64,000 nucleotides of DNA, taken from the NCBI RefSeq assembly GCF_964355755.1, contig NC_092680.1, positions 10,788,001 to 10,852,000 on the forward strand, written 5' to 3'. Shown here piece after piece: positions 12,545 through 25,159 of the stretch (the first letter of the stretch is position 1; each line of letters begins with the position of its first letter). The notes under the pieces were generated by a model. The model saw only the letters and a list, made by a program, of their open reading frames with translations. It had not been told where the DNA came from and made no database searches. The DNA is from Antedon mediterranea (Eukaryota > Animalia > Echinodermata). Made by a program: the position numbers and the translations under genes.

Positions 12545-13434
12545 ATGGTACCCTTTAGCTGTGAAGCTACAACACTCATTCACTCGTCATTGGCGCCAGC
12601 CACGGTTAAGGCGTATCAACGCAATATTCAAAAGTTGGCATCATGGTTGGGAACACCCGTTCAGCTCCCTGTAAACCCGGCTACGGTATGCAACTTTGTG
12701 GCACATTTACATGGCCTACAATATGCACCTAGAACGATTTCGTCTATCATTTCGTCCGTCTCTTTTATACACAAACTAGCAGAATTACCCGATCCTTGTA
12801 ATTCGTTTTTGGTTGTAAAAATTTTACGTGGCGTGCATTATGCTTCGGATCGTCCAGATGTACGCTTGCCTATCACTGCAGAAATTTTGACTAAATTGTT
12901 AGCGTGTCTAGAGTCGATCGAACCCAGTTTTTCTTATAGATTGCTTTTCAGGGCCTTTTTCCTTACCGCGTTCCCAGGGTTCTTCCGGATTGGTGAATTG
13001 GCCGTAGGAAAAGGGGACGCGGATAAAAAGATCTATGTCTTTCTGGTAATTCAGCGTCCTTAACTATATACCATCACAAAACCGGCGTAGGTAAGCCCTC
13101 TATCCACATTTCATTCAATAGTGCTAAGGGCGCTCGGTTCTGTCCAGTAAAATGTTTACAAGATTACACCAAACATTTTCGGCATACCTCTGGTCCTTTG
13201 TTCCAACATATGGACGGCCTGCCGATTGCGGCTCGGTTCATATACGCAAAACTAAAAGAGGCGATTTGTTTCATTGGTCTTGACCCTACATTATATAAAG
13301 GTCATATTTTTCGTATCGGCGCCGCAACTCATGCTGCTTCCCTGGGTTTAGCGGAGAACACTATACAACAATTTGGGCGATGGAATTCTAAGGCCGTACA
13401 AAATTACATAAGAATCCAATCATTTTCCATATAG
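12545..13434 (+). pseudogene. Tyrosine recombinase, frameshifted near 13027
   Basis: SSLAPATVKAY, RLPIT, FFRIGEL, GHIFRIGAAT, GRWNSKAVQNYIR. Confidence 0.9.
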
Positions 13435-14376
13435 AAACGCTTTCGTGTTTCGGATTGTTCGAGCTTGGCCTCGCGAGACAAGTTGGTTTCTGTTGGTCCT
13501 ATCTGTCAAGCTTAGCTTCAGATATTTTTTGATGTTTGTTTGTCTGGGTGGTAACCCTCTTTGTTTGTCGGGTTTGTGGCATGTTCACCCAGCAAACTTG
13601 TATTTTAATTAGTTTTAGTTTAGTAAGTCAAGTTAATCTTTGGGTTCTTGATAACCATGCATATTATATTTAACATTCAATATATATTTATGTGATTTTA
13701 TGTAATAACCAAGGTGTTTAGTTAGTAGTAGTTATTGTCCGTACATATACGGTACACTTGATAGGGGCAGCCCATACATTATGTATACGTCTTAGATGGA
13801 ACTAAATTAGTTATGGGCTGCCCCATTATTACAACTCTATTATTATATAATATGCTATTATGTGTTTTGTCATTTAAATAAATATGACAATTTCCATCCA
13901 AGTTGGTGTCTATTGTATTTTTCCGTCTGGCCTCTTGCAGCATAAAACACATTTTTCGAGCCTGGGTAGAAAGATGAATTTGTGCCGCAGGAGGGCGGGG
14001 CTCTACGTCATCACGTGGTGGGCTGCGGCGGGTAACGTGGAGAATTTGATACATCCGCGTGGTGTATGTGTCCTTTCGCTTTTAGCATCCCTCCGGAGTA
14101 GACGTGTTTAAAGATTTACCCACCGTCCTCCCCTGCTTCCACCAGTGTTTGAAGTTCACATTACTTGGGCATGTTCACCCAGCAAACTTGTATTTTAATT
14201 AGTTTTAGTTTAGTAAGTCAAGTTAATCTTTGGATTCTTGATAACCATGCATATTATATTTAACATTCAATATATAATAATTTATGTGATTTTATGTAAT
14301 AACCAAGGTGTTTAGTTAGTAGTAGTTATTGTCCGTACATATACGGTACACTTGATAGGGGCAGTCCATACATTAT

Positions 14377-15309
14377 TATTAATGAATTTGAAAAAACTTG
14401 TGATTATATTAAGTTCGATTTCAATGCCATTCTTAATGATATATGTACAGGTACTGATATTGATATAAACTGGGTCAAGCCATTTGAAAATACAATTAAA
14501 CAATCGTATTCTACTTTTTGGAAACAAGAAGTATTAAGAAAGTCATCTTTGCTTGATTACTCTTTGATAAAAGAGTCACCTAGCCTAGAACCTTACCTAC
14601 TGGATAAAACAGATTTTTATGGCTCAAGTTTAAAATTTAAACTTCGTTCAAACACTTTACCACTTGGAAAAATTACAAATAAGTGGAACATTGATAATCT
14701 AAATGAGTGTAAGGTTTGTGGGTCAGGTGAAGAAGATGTTAAACATTTCCTGTTTATTTGTAATAAGTTACATTGTATTAGAATGGAAGAATTACAAACA
14801 CTTCAACATAAACTTATTGCAATAAATTGTGTAGATACTTGGGTAAATTTTATTTCTGGTGACCTATCTATTAAGGTTCAATATGTCCTAGGAAGCACGT
14901 TATTCCATAAAAATAACTCTCACGACATTTATGCTGTATTTGACAGTTATTGTAAAAGGTACACAAGCCGTGCTTGGAAATTAAGAAATGCAATTGTATT
15001 ACAAATTTGAACTGTTTTATTTTTTAAATAAAAAGTGTTTTCTTTTCCATTGCTGTTGCAAAATTAGTAGTTGTATATTAGTGTAGTTTTAGTTTGTAAA
15101 TAAGTTTTGTAATAGCGTCGAGTCAAATTTTATGTCTATCTCAAATATGTTTTATTTTCGTTTCAGTTTTATTTTTCATTGTTTTTGTATTGAATTTTGT
15201 AATTGGTATGGACGCACCATCTACGCATGTGTGCCACTGTTAAAAAAGTGTTGTTCCAAATAAATATTATTATTATTATTAGTGTTAGTATTATTATTAT
15301 TATTATTAT
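14377..15309 (+). mobile_element. 5'-truncated non-LTR retrotransposon 3' end with (ATT)n tail, inside repeat B2
   Basis: ORF 14549-15010 with KLRSNTLPL..CKVC..EDVKHFLFIC zinc finger. AATAAA then (ATT)n. B sequence cattat|gtatacg is split. Confidence 0.85.
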
Positions 15310-15472
15310 GTATACGTCTTAGATGGAACTAAATTAGTTATGGGCTGCCCCATTATTACAACTCTATTATTATATATATGCTATTATGTGTTTCGTCATT
15401 TAAATAAATATGACAATTTCCATCCAAGTTGGTGTCTATTGTATTTTTCCGTCTGGCCTCTTGCGGCATAAA

Positions 15473-16151
15473 TTGCAATATTATAGAATAATTTCTGAAT
15501 TTTAAAAAGTGGAAATTTTGTCCATTTTTCGAAAAAATTCCTATGGTCCCCCGCAGCGAAATTTTCGATAAATTGTTAAATTTCCACCCTTTTATTTTTT
15601 GACATAACTAGTTACCGATGGCTCTATAAGATGATGCTAACACAATATATTTGCATAAATGCCAATATAATAGCATAATTATTGAATTTTAAAAAGTGGA
15701 AATTTTGGCCATTTTTCGAAAAATTTCTATAGTCCCCCGCAGGGAAACTTTTGCAAAAATGGCCAAATTTCAAACCTTTTATTTTTTAACATAACTAGTT
15801 ACTATGGCTCTATAAGCTGTTGTTAGCACAATATATTTGCAAAAATGGCAATATTATAGCATAATTATTGAATTTTAAAAAGTGGGAATTTTGGCCATTT
15901 TCCGACCCTTTTATTTTTTTGACATAACTAGCTGCTATTTCTCTATAGGATGATGTTAACACAATATATTTGCATAAATGCCAATATTATAGCATAATTA
16001 TTGTATTTTAAAAAGTGGAAATTTTGGCCATTTTTCGAAAAAATTCCTATGATCCCCAGCAGGGAAATTTTCGGAAAATGGCCAAATGTTGATCCTTTTA
16101 TTTTTTGACATAACTAGTTACTATGGCTCTATAAGATGATGTTAGCACAAT
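15473..16151 (+). repeat. Satellite B
   Basis: ~185-bp monomers. Confidence 0.95.
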
Positions 16152-16711
16152 ATTTTGACACATGTGAGCCCGATAAACAAATAAAAAGAAACAAGTATTG
16201 GTTGTAAAGTTATTTAATATGAATGGCAAGTCATCGTTGCAGCATGCACGTAAAAGGAAAACATAAAAAAGGAACATTGGGATGCTCTGAAAGGGCCAAA
16301 ACACATGTCTCAAAATCGTAATTGAAAACAAAATAAAGAGGGAGTGGAGGGAGGGAAGTGAAAATTATTTTAATTAGCCAAAAACTGGCGTGGTAATCTG
16401 TTGACAGCGTGAGGTGAAGAGGATGAGATGCTCACGCTGTCAAAAGATGATTGCGAGGGCGCCCCGCAATCAAGTGATTTTGACACATGTGAGCCCGATA
16501 AACAAATACAAGGAAACAAGTATTGGTTGTAAAGTTATTTAATATGAATGGCAAGTCATCGTTGCAGCATGCCCGTAAAAGGAAAACATAAAAAAAGGAA
16601 CATTGGGATGCTCTGAAAGGGCCAACACAGTTGGCAACAAAGGGGCCAACGAAGCAGCCCAAATTAAGTGCAGGTAGAACCGATGACAAGCCATTCAGAT
16701 GATGGTGCAAC

Positions 16712-17150
16712 ATATGTTGACACCCAGAACGTATAGAAACTATCTACATAGTCTACCTGGAGCAACATGTGTTGACTCCAGTACCCGGTTGACCATTAGC
16801 GCCTGATAGGTGGAGCAACCAAATATTGACATCGAAAAACGTATAGAAACACCTACATTAGTCTACCTGGAGCAACATGTGTTGACTCCAGTACATGTTT
16901 AAACATTTTAATTAGGTAGGCAGTGCAACCAAATGTTGGCACCGAAAAACGTATAGTAACAATCTACATTAGTCTGCCTGGGGCAACATGTGTTGACTCC
17001 AGTACGCGTTTGAGAATTGAGTTTAATAAACGGTGCAACCATGTTGACACCGAAAACATATAAATAACTTATTAGTCTACCTGGAGCAACGTGTTGACTC
17101 CGATTGAACATATGATTATAATTGGTGGTGCAACCTATGCTGTCACCGAA
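16712..17150. repeat. Degenerate ~115-bp tandem repeat in the 3' region of family 2
   Basis: agtct(a/g)cctgg(a/g)gcaac(a/g)tgtgttgactcc at ~16750, 16861, 16971, 17074. Confidence 0.85.
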
Positions 17151-17435
17151 AGAAAACAAAAATGAAATAAGTAAAACGATATACAGAAAAAATAAGTATC
17201 AAACTTTGTTTAAGCTTGACGCTTAATACCCAGTCATGCTTAGGAAATATGCCAACCAGCCAGCACCAATATTTACAACGCTGTATTTGACAAAGTTATG
17301 TGGTTCGACCATCGTCCAAAAATCAAAATGTCTTGGTGAGAGTGTCAAAGTTGGTGAAGGTCGGTAGCTCGACCGATTCTGAAAGAATGAGTGTTAAACT
17401 GTGTATGTTCCAGACTAGCATGGCGAGCTAATTGT

Positions 17436-17890
17436 TTATAGCATTAGTGTGTGTTCTGCGGCCTTGGAGACTACTGCTTCACTGGCTCTGAGGCATGCGA
17501 AGTAACATATTATGAACAAGGCTCTGTATAGGATGAATTCGTATTTGGATTTCATGCTACCTCGCATATGTCCAATTAGCGTTACAAGAATGTCGGAGGT
17601 GACCGGCGGTCTGATCGGTTTGGATGGAGAGTTCGTTTTTTGTTTCGCTACTCCTCTGCATAAATTGCTGACTGCTGAATTTGCGGTAAGGTCTTCCATA
17701 AATGATACCCTGTGCACGAATGACACTGGGCTAAGGTAGTTTCGAATCGTGGAAATCGCCAGTGCATTTTTAGTCAGCTTACTTACACAGAGAACAATTG
17801 TCTGTGGAGTCGCTGGTAGCGGAAGGCTTAGTGATTTCCTGAATTGGTTAAAATGGTGCCATTTGCTTTTATAGTTACTAGCGGTTTATT
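17436..17890 (-). pseudogene. YR N-terminal half, truncated
   Basis: RPPVT, YFACLRASE. Confidence 0.8.
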
Positions 17891-17908
17891 TGCTTAATGA
17901 GTTCCACA

Positions 17909-19220
17909 TTAGCTCTCGTGTGAGGATCTTGAGTTGTTTAGTGGTTCGAAGTAGATTGGTTGTAAGTGCTTTGGTATCTTTAGCGGTGTGCCGTTCATAC
18001 TGTGCTCCTCTAGCATGGCCTCCGTTTCCTGAAAACGAGAAAGAGCGTCACATATCCTGTTTTGCTTACCAGGGATGTGCCTGGCTGTAAACTGAATGTT
18101 GTTTAGTAGTAACAAAAGGACGATAGCGCGAACCACTCTCATGACCTTTTCGTTTGATGACAATTTTTTGTTAAGCACATATACATCAGCTAGGTTATCA
18201 CAGTTGAAAACTGCATGGGTGTTGGCTAGCTGTTTTGCAAAAATCGAAAGCATGACATAGATGGGGTAAATTTCGAGAACCATGATGTCGAACATTTTCC
18301 AAGATTCCGGCCAGCGGCCTTGAATCCAGAACTTTTGGAAGGTCGCACCAAGTGCGGTTTTTGAGGCATCAGAGGAGAAACGTAAACGCTGCGAGTCAAA
18401 TTTCTGTGGGGGTAAAAAATGGTAACGCCATTGTGTTTGCTAAGAAAGTCGGCCCAAATTTGGAGATCCTCCTTTGCTGAGTCAGAAAGGTGAATAGTTG
18501 AAAAGGGGTTAGTTAGACCGGCCGTTAGGGCATTAAGCCTTCTTAGGAACGCCAGTCCAGAGGGTATAACCCAGGTGGCAAATTGTAGCTTTTCAAAGAG
18601 ATTGGGGGGCTCTCAATGTAGTTGAGTGAAGTTTTGAACTTTAAAGGGAGTAACGTAATTTTATTATCTCAGATGGAAGCCTGTCTTACATTTTCTGTAA
18701 ATCAAGTTCAATACCCAGGAAGGAAATGGTGGTGGTGGGTGAAATTGTTTTGTGCGGTGCTAGAGGTATGCCACCGCGGTGAGCAAGCGCCTTGGATATC
18801 TTCAAGGAGTTCGCACACAGTTGGTGTGTGTCTTCAATGACGAGGATGTCGTCTAATATTTTTATGTTATTGGGCTGTTTTAACTTTTTATAAGGAAAAA
18901 TTTCACTCCGTCAGAAAACTTATTGAATATTTGACACGAAGATCCGCCGCCTTGGGGAAGCGTTTTATCGTAGTAATACTGGCCTAACCACGTGAAACCT
19001 GTGAGGTGATATTGAGTGGGTTGTAAATGTATTAGTCTGTATGCGTCACTGGTGTCCGTCTTAGCCGTGAATGCCGGGTGATTGTGTATGTCAATTATGT
19101 CTATTGCGTTGGCAATTGTTTCGTAATGAACTGTTATGCAAAACCCAGGGATGTTGTGATTGACAGCGTTTGAGTCGTAGGGATAGGAGAGGTTGTGGAG
19201 GATACGACATTTTTCAGGTA
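17909..19220 (-). pseudogene. RT/RNase H, frameshifted
   Basis: CRILHNLSYP, KTDTSDAYR, ILDD, SSDASK, CDNLA, HIPGKQNRICDALSR. Confidence 0.88.
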
Positions 19221-19369
19221 CGGAATTTACGGAAGGTTGTTGATGATAGCTTGGGAGTTAGTTGCTGTAAAAGCAGCCCCATGTAAGGTAGAAGCCATGA
19301 GCGAAACATTGGGTTAAGTAAGCGTGGTGTTTGTAACCAGATAGGAGTGCGCTTATTCTAGTGGGAATT

Positions 19370-19930
19370 ATTGGGATCCCGAGCACTGAAAAACGAGTGG
19401 CGATACTGACAGTTTGTCTGGACACATCTATTGAATCTGTTATGGTAGGAGAAGCCGAGTGGACGCTCCACGGTTGGATGGGTTAGAGGTTTATGGTTAG
19501 CTCGTTGCGTCTAGTTTATGCAGGAGGTCGGCTCGAACCGATGACCAAGAGAAAAGTGTGTACTCAGTAGCCATTCGAAATTATCAGTCGTAAAAGTACC
19601 ATTAATTTGGATGACTGCGCATGAGGTATTTAATATACTTAAAATAATTTAAGATGTCCTGCGTATATTTACTTAAATAAAATTGTGGCAAAGTCGTGAA
19701 AGGCCTAGTGCCAGTTGTGTTCGTTTAAGATGCGGCATTTGGGCTTAGGCACAAGTTCAAAGGTACCAGTGAACGTTAGCGTCAAAGCTTCCGCTGCGCT
19801 GTTGAAGTCGAGCAGATTGTGCAGCTCGATGAATTTGTGGGAGATTATTTTCTCTTTAAGTTTTTGACAAGGTAGGGGGTTTGAGGAAGAGAGCTGCCGG
19901 TAGGTTCGGCTTACCGACATTAATCTCAAC
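19370..19930 (-). pseudogene. gag remnant
   Basis: KLKEKIISHKFIELHNLL resembles family 1 VKNKIWANGYIDLRTLI. Confidence 0.6.
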
Positions 19931-20235
19931 CACAGAAGTTACCAGGGTTTCGACGATATGCCTCATGTCCTTTAATTCTTATTTATGTCAAATTCAGGTA
20001 CTGGCACGGTTATTTTTTTTTTTTTTTTTTTTTTGGTGCCGTATTTTTTATCTCTTGTTAGTTTTTTTCCGTCCTGACATGGTGTATCTGTAAGAAAATC
20101 TTTGTGCAATTAAGACGGAAAGAAAAATGTGTGTGGACAGATATCATCAAGTTGCAGGGGAAAGGGGGCCCTGCAACCATGTTAAAGGAGTGAATAAAAG
20201 ATTTGAGACAAAAGTCAGCATTGGGGTAGAGAATG

Positions 20236-21770
20236 AAACCAGCATGAGTCATTTAATGAAATGCTGTACTTAGAGGAGGGTGATAAGACACCACAGCCGT
20301 ATGGGGTGATAGTAGGGGGACCAGCATGAGTCATATAACCAGCATGAGTCATATAATGAATGCTGTACTTAAGAGCATGAGTGATAAAACACCGCCGTAT
20401 GTGGAGGTAGTTAATGAACCAGCATAAGTAATTATGTGGTGGTAGTAGGGAAACCAGCATGAGTCATATAATGAATGCTGTACTTAAGAGCATGAGTGAT
20501 AAAAACACCGCCGTATGTGGGGGTGGGTAATGAACCAGCATAAGAAATTATGTGGTGGTAGTAGGGTTAATGAACCAGCATAAGTAATTAAGTGGTGGTA
20601 ATAGGGGAACCAGCATGAGTCATAATATAATGAATGAACCAGCATAAGAAATTATGTGGTGGTAGTAGGGTTAATGAACCAGCATAAGTAATTATGTGGT
20701 GGTAATAGGGGAACCAGCATGAGTAATAATATAATGAATGAACCAGCATAAGAAATTATGTGGTGGTAGTAGTCATATAATGGTGAACCAGCATAAGAAA
20801 TTATGTGGTGGTAGTAGGGTTAAACCCTCTTAGTGCCACGGGCGGCGTTTGAAACCCCTGGGGACATGCGTTGAACACCCATAGTCGGCGTTAGACACCA
20901 ATCGTACCTTCTGTGTTTGAGGGCGATAATCACTAACTTCTGCTTCTCTGAGGATTCTGGGATAGCTTTTATTCGATCAAGCGTAAAATTTACTTTCCAA
21001 AAATGTCAACGAAAACATTTTCGCTATGTGAAAATCTTTTGGAAATATTAATTAAAAACTGATTAATTAATCAAAATTACGTTGTTTGTGGATTACACGT
21101 TTCCCGTATCTAGTCAGACAACCGAAAACACCGCCGTATGTGGAGGTAGGTAATGAACCAGCATAAGAAATTATGTGGTGGTAGTAGTGAAACCAGCATG
21201 AGTCATATAATGAATGCTGTACTTAAGAGCATGAGTGATAAAACACCGCCGTATGTGGGGGTAGGTAATGAACCAGCATAAGAAATTATGTGGTGGTAGT
21301 AGGGAAACCAGCATGAGTCATATAATGAATGATGTACTTAAGAGCATGAGTAATATAATGAACCAGCATAAGAAATTATGTGGTGGTAGTAGGGAAACCA
21401 GCATGAGTCATATAATGAATGCTGTACTTAAGAGCATGAGTAATATAATGAACCAGCATAAGAAATTATGTGGTGGTAGTAGGGAAACCAGCATGAGTCG
21501 TATAATGAATGCTGTACTTAAGAGCATGAGTAATAAAACACCGCCGTATGTGGGGGTAGTTTATGAACCAGCATAAGTAATTATGTGGTGGTAGAAGGGG
21601 AACCAGCATGAGTCATATAATGAATGCTGTACTTAGGAGCATGAGAATGCTGTACTTGGGAAACCAGCATGAGTCATAATGAATGCTGTACTTTGGAAAC
21701 CAGCATGAGTCTTAATATAATGATGATGTACTTGGGGAACCAGCATGAGTCATAAGATGAATGCTATACT
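20236..21770. repeat. Composite minisatellite (aaccagcataag / aaccagcatgagtcat modules, ~90-110 bp higher unit)
   Basis: Near-perfect 90-bp repeats at 21268-21530. Interrupted at ~20823-21125. Confidence 0.9.
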
Positions 21771-22079
21771 AACTATAAACCATTCAGATTTGTGCAAAAT
21801 ATTTGCCAGTTTAGCGTAGCATCAAGAAAGAAAAAAAAAACAAGTTATTATTTATTTCTTTTGGATGTAAAACAATGGGAAAATCAAAAATGGTGTCAAC
21901 AGTGTATTGCCTGGCATTTTATTTTGTTTATTCTGTTTAATTATGTATTTATTTTCCTCTAAAATCCGGTTCCGGATTGTCCACCGTGACGCAGTAGTAG
22001 AAACAGATAATAAGATTGTTGTTATTTAATGGCATAAGTTAGCATAAGAGGCTCCGTGCATGAAAGCAGACCTTACTTT

Positions 22080-22345
22080 TTAACTAGGTCATTCGATCCG
22101 AGGTCGATTATCAAAAATCTGGCTTGAATGTTGCCACTTGATTTACAAAATTAGTTAGGTCGTTTATCTTTAGGCCGGGCACCTCCCAAAGAACAGTATT
22201 ATCATAGTGATGACTAATTCGGAAGTCAGGCAAAGGTGGATGTGAACCAAGTATGGAGTCGGACGAATTACCCAAGCCGTGATGGAAAGCGAGGCTTTCG
22301 CTCAAACCGGAAACGAATGAGTTGAGCCTAGGGCTAGGGCATAAC
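22080..22345 (-). pseudogene. SGNH hydrolase remnant of family 2
   Basis: Frameshifted LG..SFVSGL, VPGLKI, KPD, LIIDLGSNDL (ttgataatcgacctcggatcgaatgaccta on the minus strand). Confidence 0.65.
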
Positions 22346-22603
22346 CAGACAACATAATTACAGTAAAGTACAAAAAATCGAACAGAATGGGGGTAAGATA
22401 AGGTGTTAGATAAATTCCAGTCAAAGTATATTGTGTGAGTTCACACAGCCTATAAGTGTATGAGGATAAAATGAACTGGTAAATGTAAAAGTGAAAAGTA
22501 TTTTACTTAGCCAAAAACTGGCGTGGTAATCTGTTGACAGCGTGAGGTGAAGATGATGAGATGCTCACGCTGTCAAAAGATGGGCGCCCCGCAATCACAT
22601 GAT

Positions 22604-23838
22604 ATTTGCATAAAATGGCAATATTATAGCATAATTTTTTAATTTTAAAAATTGGAAATTTTTGCCATTTTTCGAAAAAATTCCTATGGTCCCCCGCAGG
22701 GAAATTTTCGCAAAAATGGCCAAACTTCAAACCTTTTATTAGTCGCGTGGACGCGACTCTACAGTTCACTATGTCGGTCGATCTGTCGGTCTGTCTGTCG
22801 GTCCGGTATCACTTTGCGTTTTATCGCTTTTCTGTACTTTTTGAACTGTTTTGATGTACAGAAAAGTTTTAAAGTACATTACTTTTTGAAAGTTCATTTA
22901 TTTCTTAGAGCACGCAACTTATTGTTGTTGGCCTTGTTTTTTGACATAACTAGTTACTATGGCTCTATAAGATGATGTTAACACAATATATGTGCATAAA
23001 TGGCAATATTATATTCTAATTATTGAATTTTAAAAGTTGGAAATTTTGGTCGTTTTCGACCCTTTTATATTTTGACATAAGTAGTTGCTGTTGCTCTATA
23101 AGATGATGTTAGCACAATATATGTGCATAAATGGCAATACTATAGCCTAATTATAGAATATAAAAATTGAAAATTTTTGCCATTTTTCGAAAATAATCGT
23201 ATGGTCCCCCGCAGGGAATTGTCGTAAAAATGGCGAAATTTCAAACCTTTTATTTTTTGAAATAACTAGTTACTATGGCTCTATAAGTTGATGTTAGCAA
23301 AATATATCTGTATAAAATGTTTCCATTTTTTGTCCCTTTTATTTTTTTGACATAACTACTTGCTATATCTCTATAAGATGATGTTAGCACAATATATGTG
23401 CATAAATGGCAATATTATAGCATAATTATTAAATTGGCAACAAAATTGTTAAATTTTGACCCTTTTATATTTTGTCATAACTAGTTACGATGGCTCTATA
23501 AGATGATGTTAGCAAAATATATCTGTATAAATGGCAACATTATAGCATACTTTTCGAATTTTGAAAAGTGGAAATTTTTGCAATTTTTCGAAAAAATTCC
23601 TATGGTCTCACACAGGAAAATTTTCGAAAAATTTCCAAATGTTGTCCCTTTTATTTTTTGACATAACTAGTTACTATGGCTCTATAAGATGATGTTAGCA
23701 CAATATATTTGCATAAATGGAAATATTATAGCATAATTATTGAATTTTAAAAAGTGGGAATTTTTGACATTTTTGGAAAAAATTCCTATGGTCCCCCGCA
23801 GGAAAATTTTCTAAAAATGGCCAAATTTCAACCCTTTT
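22604..23838 (+). repeat. Satellite B
   Basis: Full and internally deleted monomers. Confidence 0.95.
22741..22936 (+). mobile_element. HINE short form (196 bp)
   Basis: Same termini as 7914-8726, in a T-run of satellite B. Confidence 0.75.
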
Positions 23839-25159
23839 CACAGCTGTTTCAACCAATGTAAAATAAATAGAAAAAGTCAAGCGCCCTCAATATTGTCAGA
23901 CGGCGATATGTGCCTGAGCGTGACGCCGCGCGAGTGGTTGAATCTCGTTCAACTTTCGCGACATTTGCAACTTTTATAACTACACTTTAAATTAATTTAA
24001 TCAATTTCGTCATAAATATTATAAAACCATTTTTATACTATTTGTTAGAAAATAAGATTTTTAATTACCGATTTTTTGGAAATAGTAAGTAATTAAGCAT
24101 AACACCAAGTTTACGAAATTATTTACACCCGGAAGTTTTAAAAATTAACATCGATCGGCCTAGCAAATGTAAACAATGGAAAGTTTGAAAAAATGCTTGT
24201 CAAATTGTACACTTTTTGTTTTTATTCGTAATTTTCATAAACTAGATGGCACGCTCGCTTCGCTCGCGTACCATCTAGGGGTGCTCACAGATGGTTCTCG
24301 AATACAGTAGAATCCACGGACGGGGACTTCTTTGGGACACTAAACAAAAACGGAAGTGTCCCCCTAATTGGGGTATTCAGAAATAGAGACAACAAAACCA
24401 ATACTGGATTCCATAAAGGACAATTAATTTATGTGGATTAAAGAAATTAGGGAGAAATGGAAATGTATGTACGGGAATTGGGCGGCACGTGGTGGTGGTG
24501 ATGGAACCGCAGTAATAAAGTTGATTGTATTTATATATTATAAGAACCAAACTAAATAAATAGACCTAGACATTCTGCGACATGGAAATCGGAAATGCAA
24601 GCTCCTATTCAGTGAAAAATTAAACTGTAGTCTACCTAAATATTTAGGGCAAATCATCGGTTGTGGTGTTGAAATTCCTGTAAACATTTGTGTGAACCAA
24701 ACTGGGTCGAATTTCTGTCATGAGTACTGATTTGTTGGCCTGTGATTTATGACGCCTAAGGGATCTATCTAGACTTATTTTTTAGAATAATGTACGTACC
24801 TGTCAGATACAATTATCTTGTGTCGTATAATAGATAAGTACTGAAGTTACTATTACAATCTCGTCAATGAAAACACGAAAATGTATATGCGCTTACTTAT
24901 GAAAACGTATACAGTATTATACTCAGTTATTGAAACAGTAGGTTTAAAAAAGTTTCGTTTGTCTGTAAAATGATGTAATCAAGCTGTTTACATGAGTCTT
25001 AATTTATAAGCACATAAACTTACATAGAAAGTAGGGTATCATAAATTTGGCCTTAGCACTCGGGGGAGTGGCTAAGATGAAGTCCGTGGGACTACTAAAT
25101 ATAAATTGTAATGAACCTCGAGGGACATAAATAGGAATATTTCATGTTTCATTATCAAT

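Larger units (their letters stand above)
9118..15472 (+). mobile_element. Ngaro-type YR retrotransposon family 1, copy 1 (A1-SGNH-minisatellite-gag-RT/RH-YR-B1-A2-B2)
   Basis: Split direct repeats A1 9118-9295 = A2 13940-14118 and B1 13578-13946 = B2 14168-15472 (interrupted). DIRS-type RT, RNase H and YR motifs. Confidence 0.93.
16152..22603 (-). mobile_element. Ngaro-type YR retrotransposon family 2, degenerate
   Basis: A1 ~22508-22603 = A2 ~16374-16478 and B1 16477-16626 = B2 16152-16298. Remnants of SGNH, gag, RT, RH and YR on the minus strand. Confidence 0.9.

Noticed and set aside
20823-21125. piggyBac-like end after TTAA
   Set aside because: Extra base before CCCT and no matching second terminus; it is an insertion but unclassifiable.
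20236-21770. ORF 21268-21576 and repeat-spacer look
   Set aside because: Translation of a minisatellite, antisense to the element; intervening segments are themselves repeats.
22652-22975. Recurring 105-107 aa ORF (also 42280, 44987)
   Set aside because: Spans satellite-HINE junctions; recurrence reflects duplication and the starts are non-ATG.
24303-24380. TA-CAGTAGAA Tc1/pogo-like terminus
   Set aside because: No partner TIR found.
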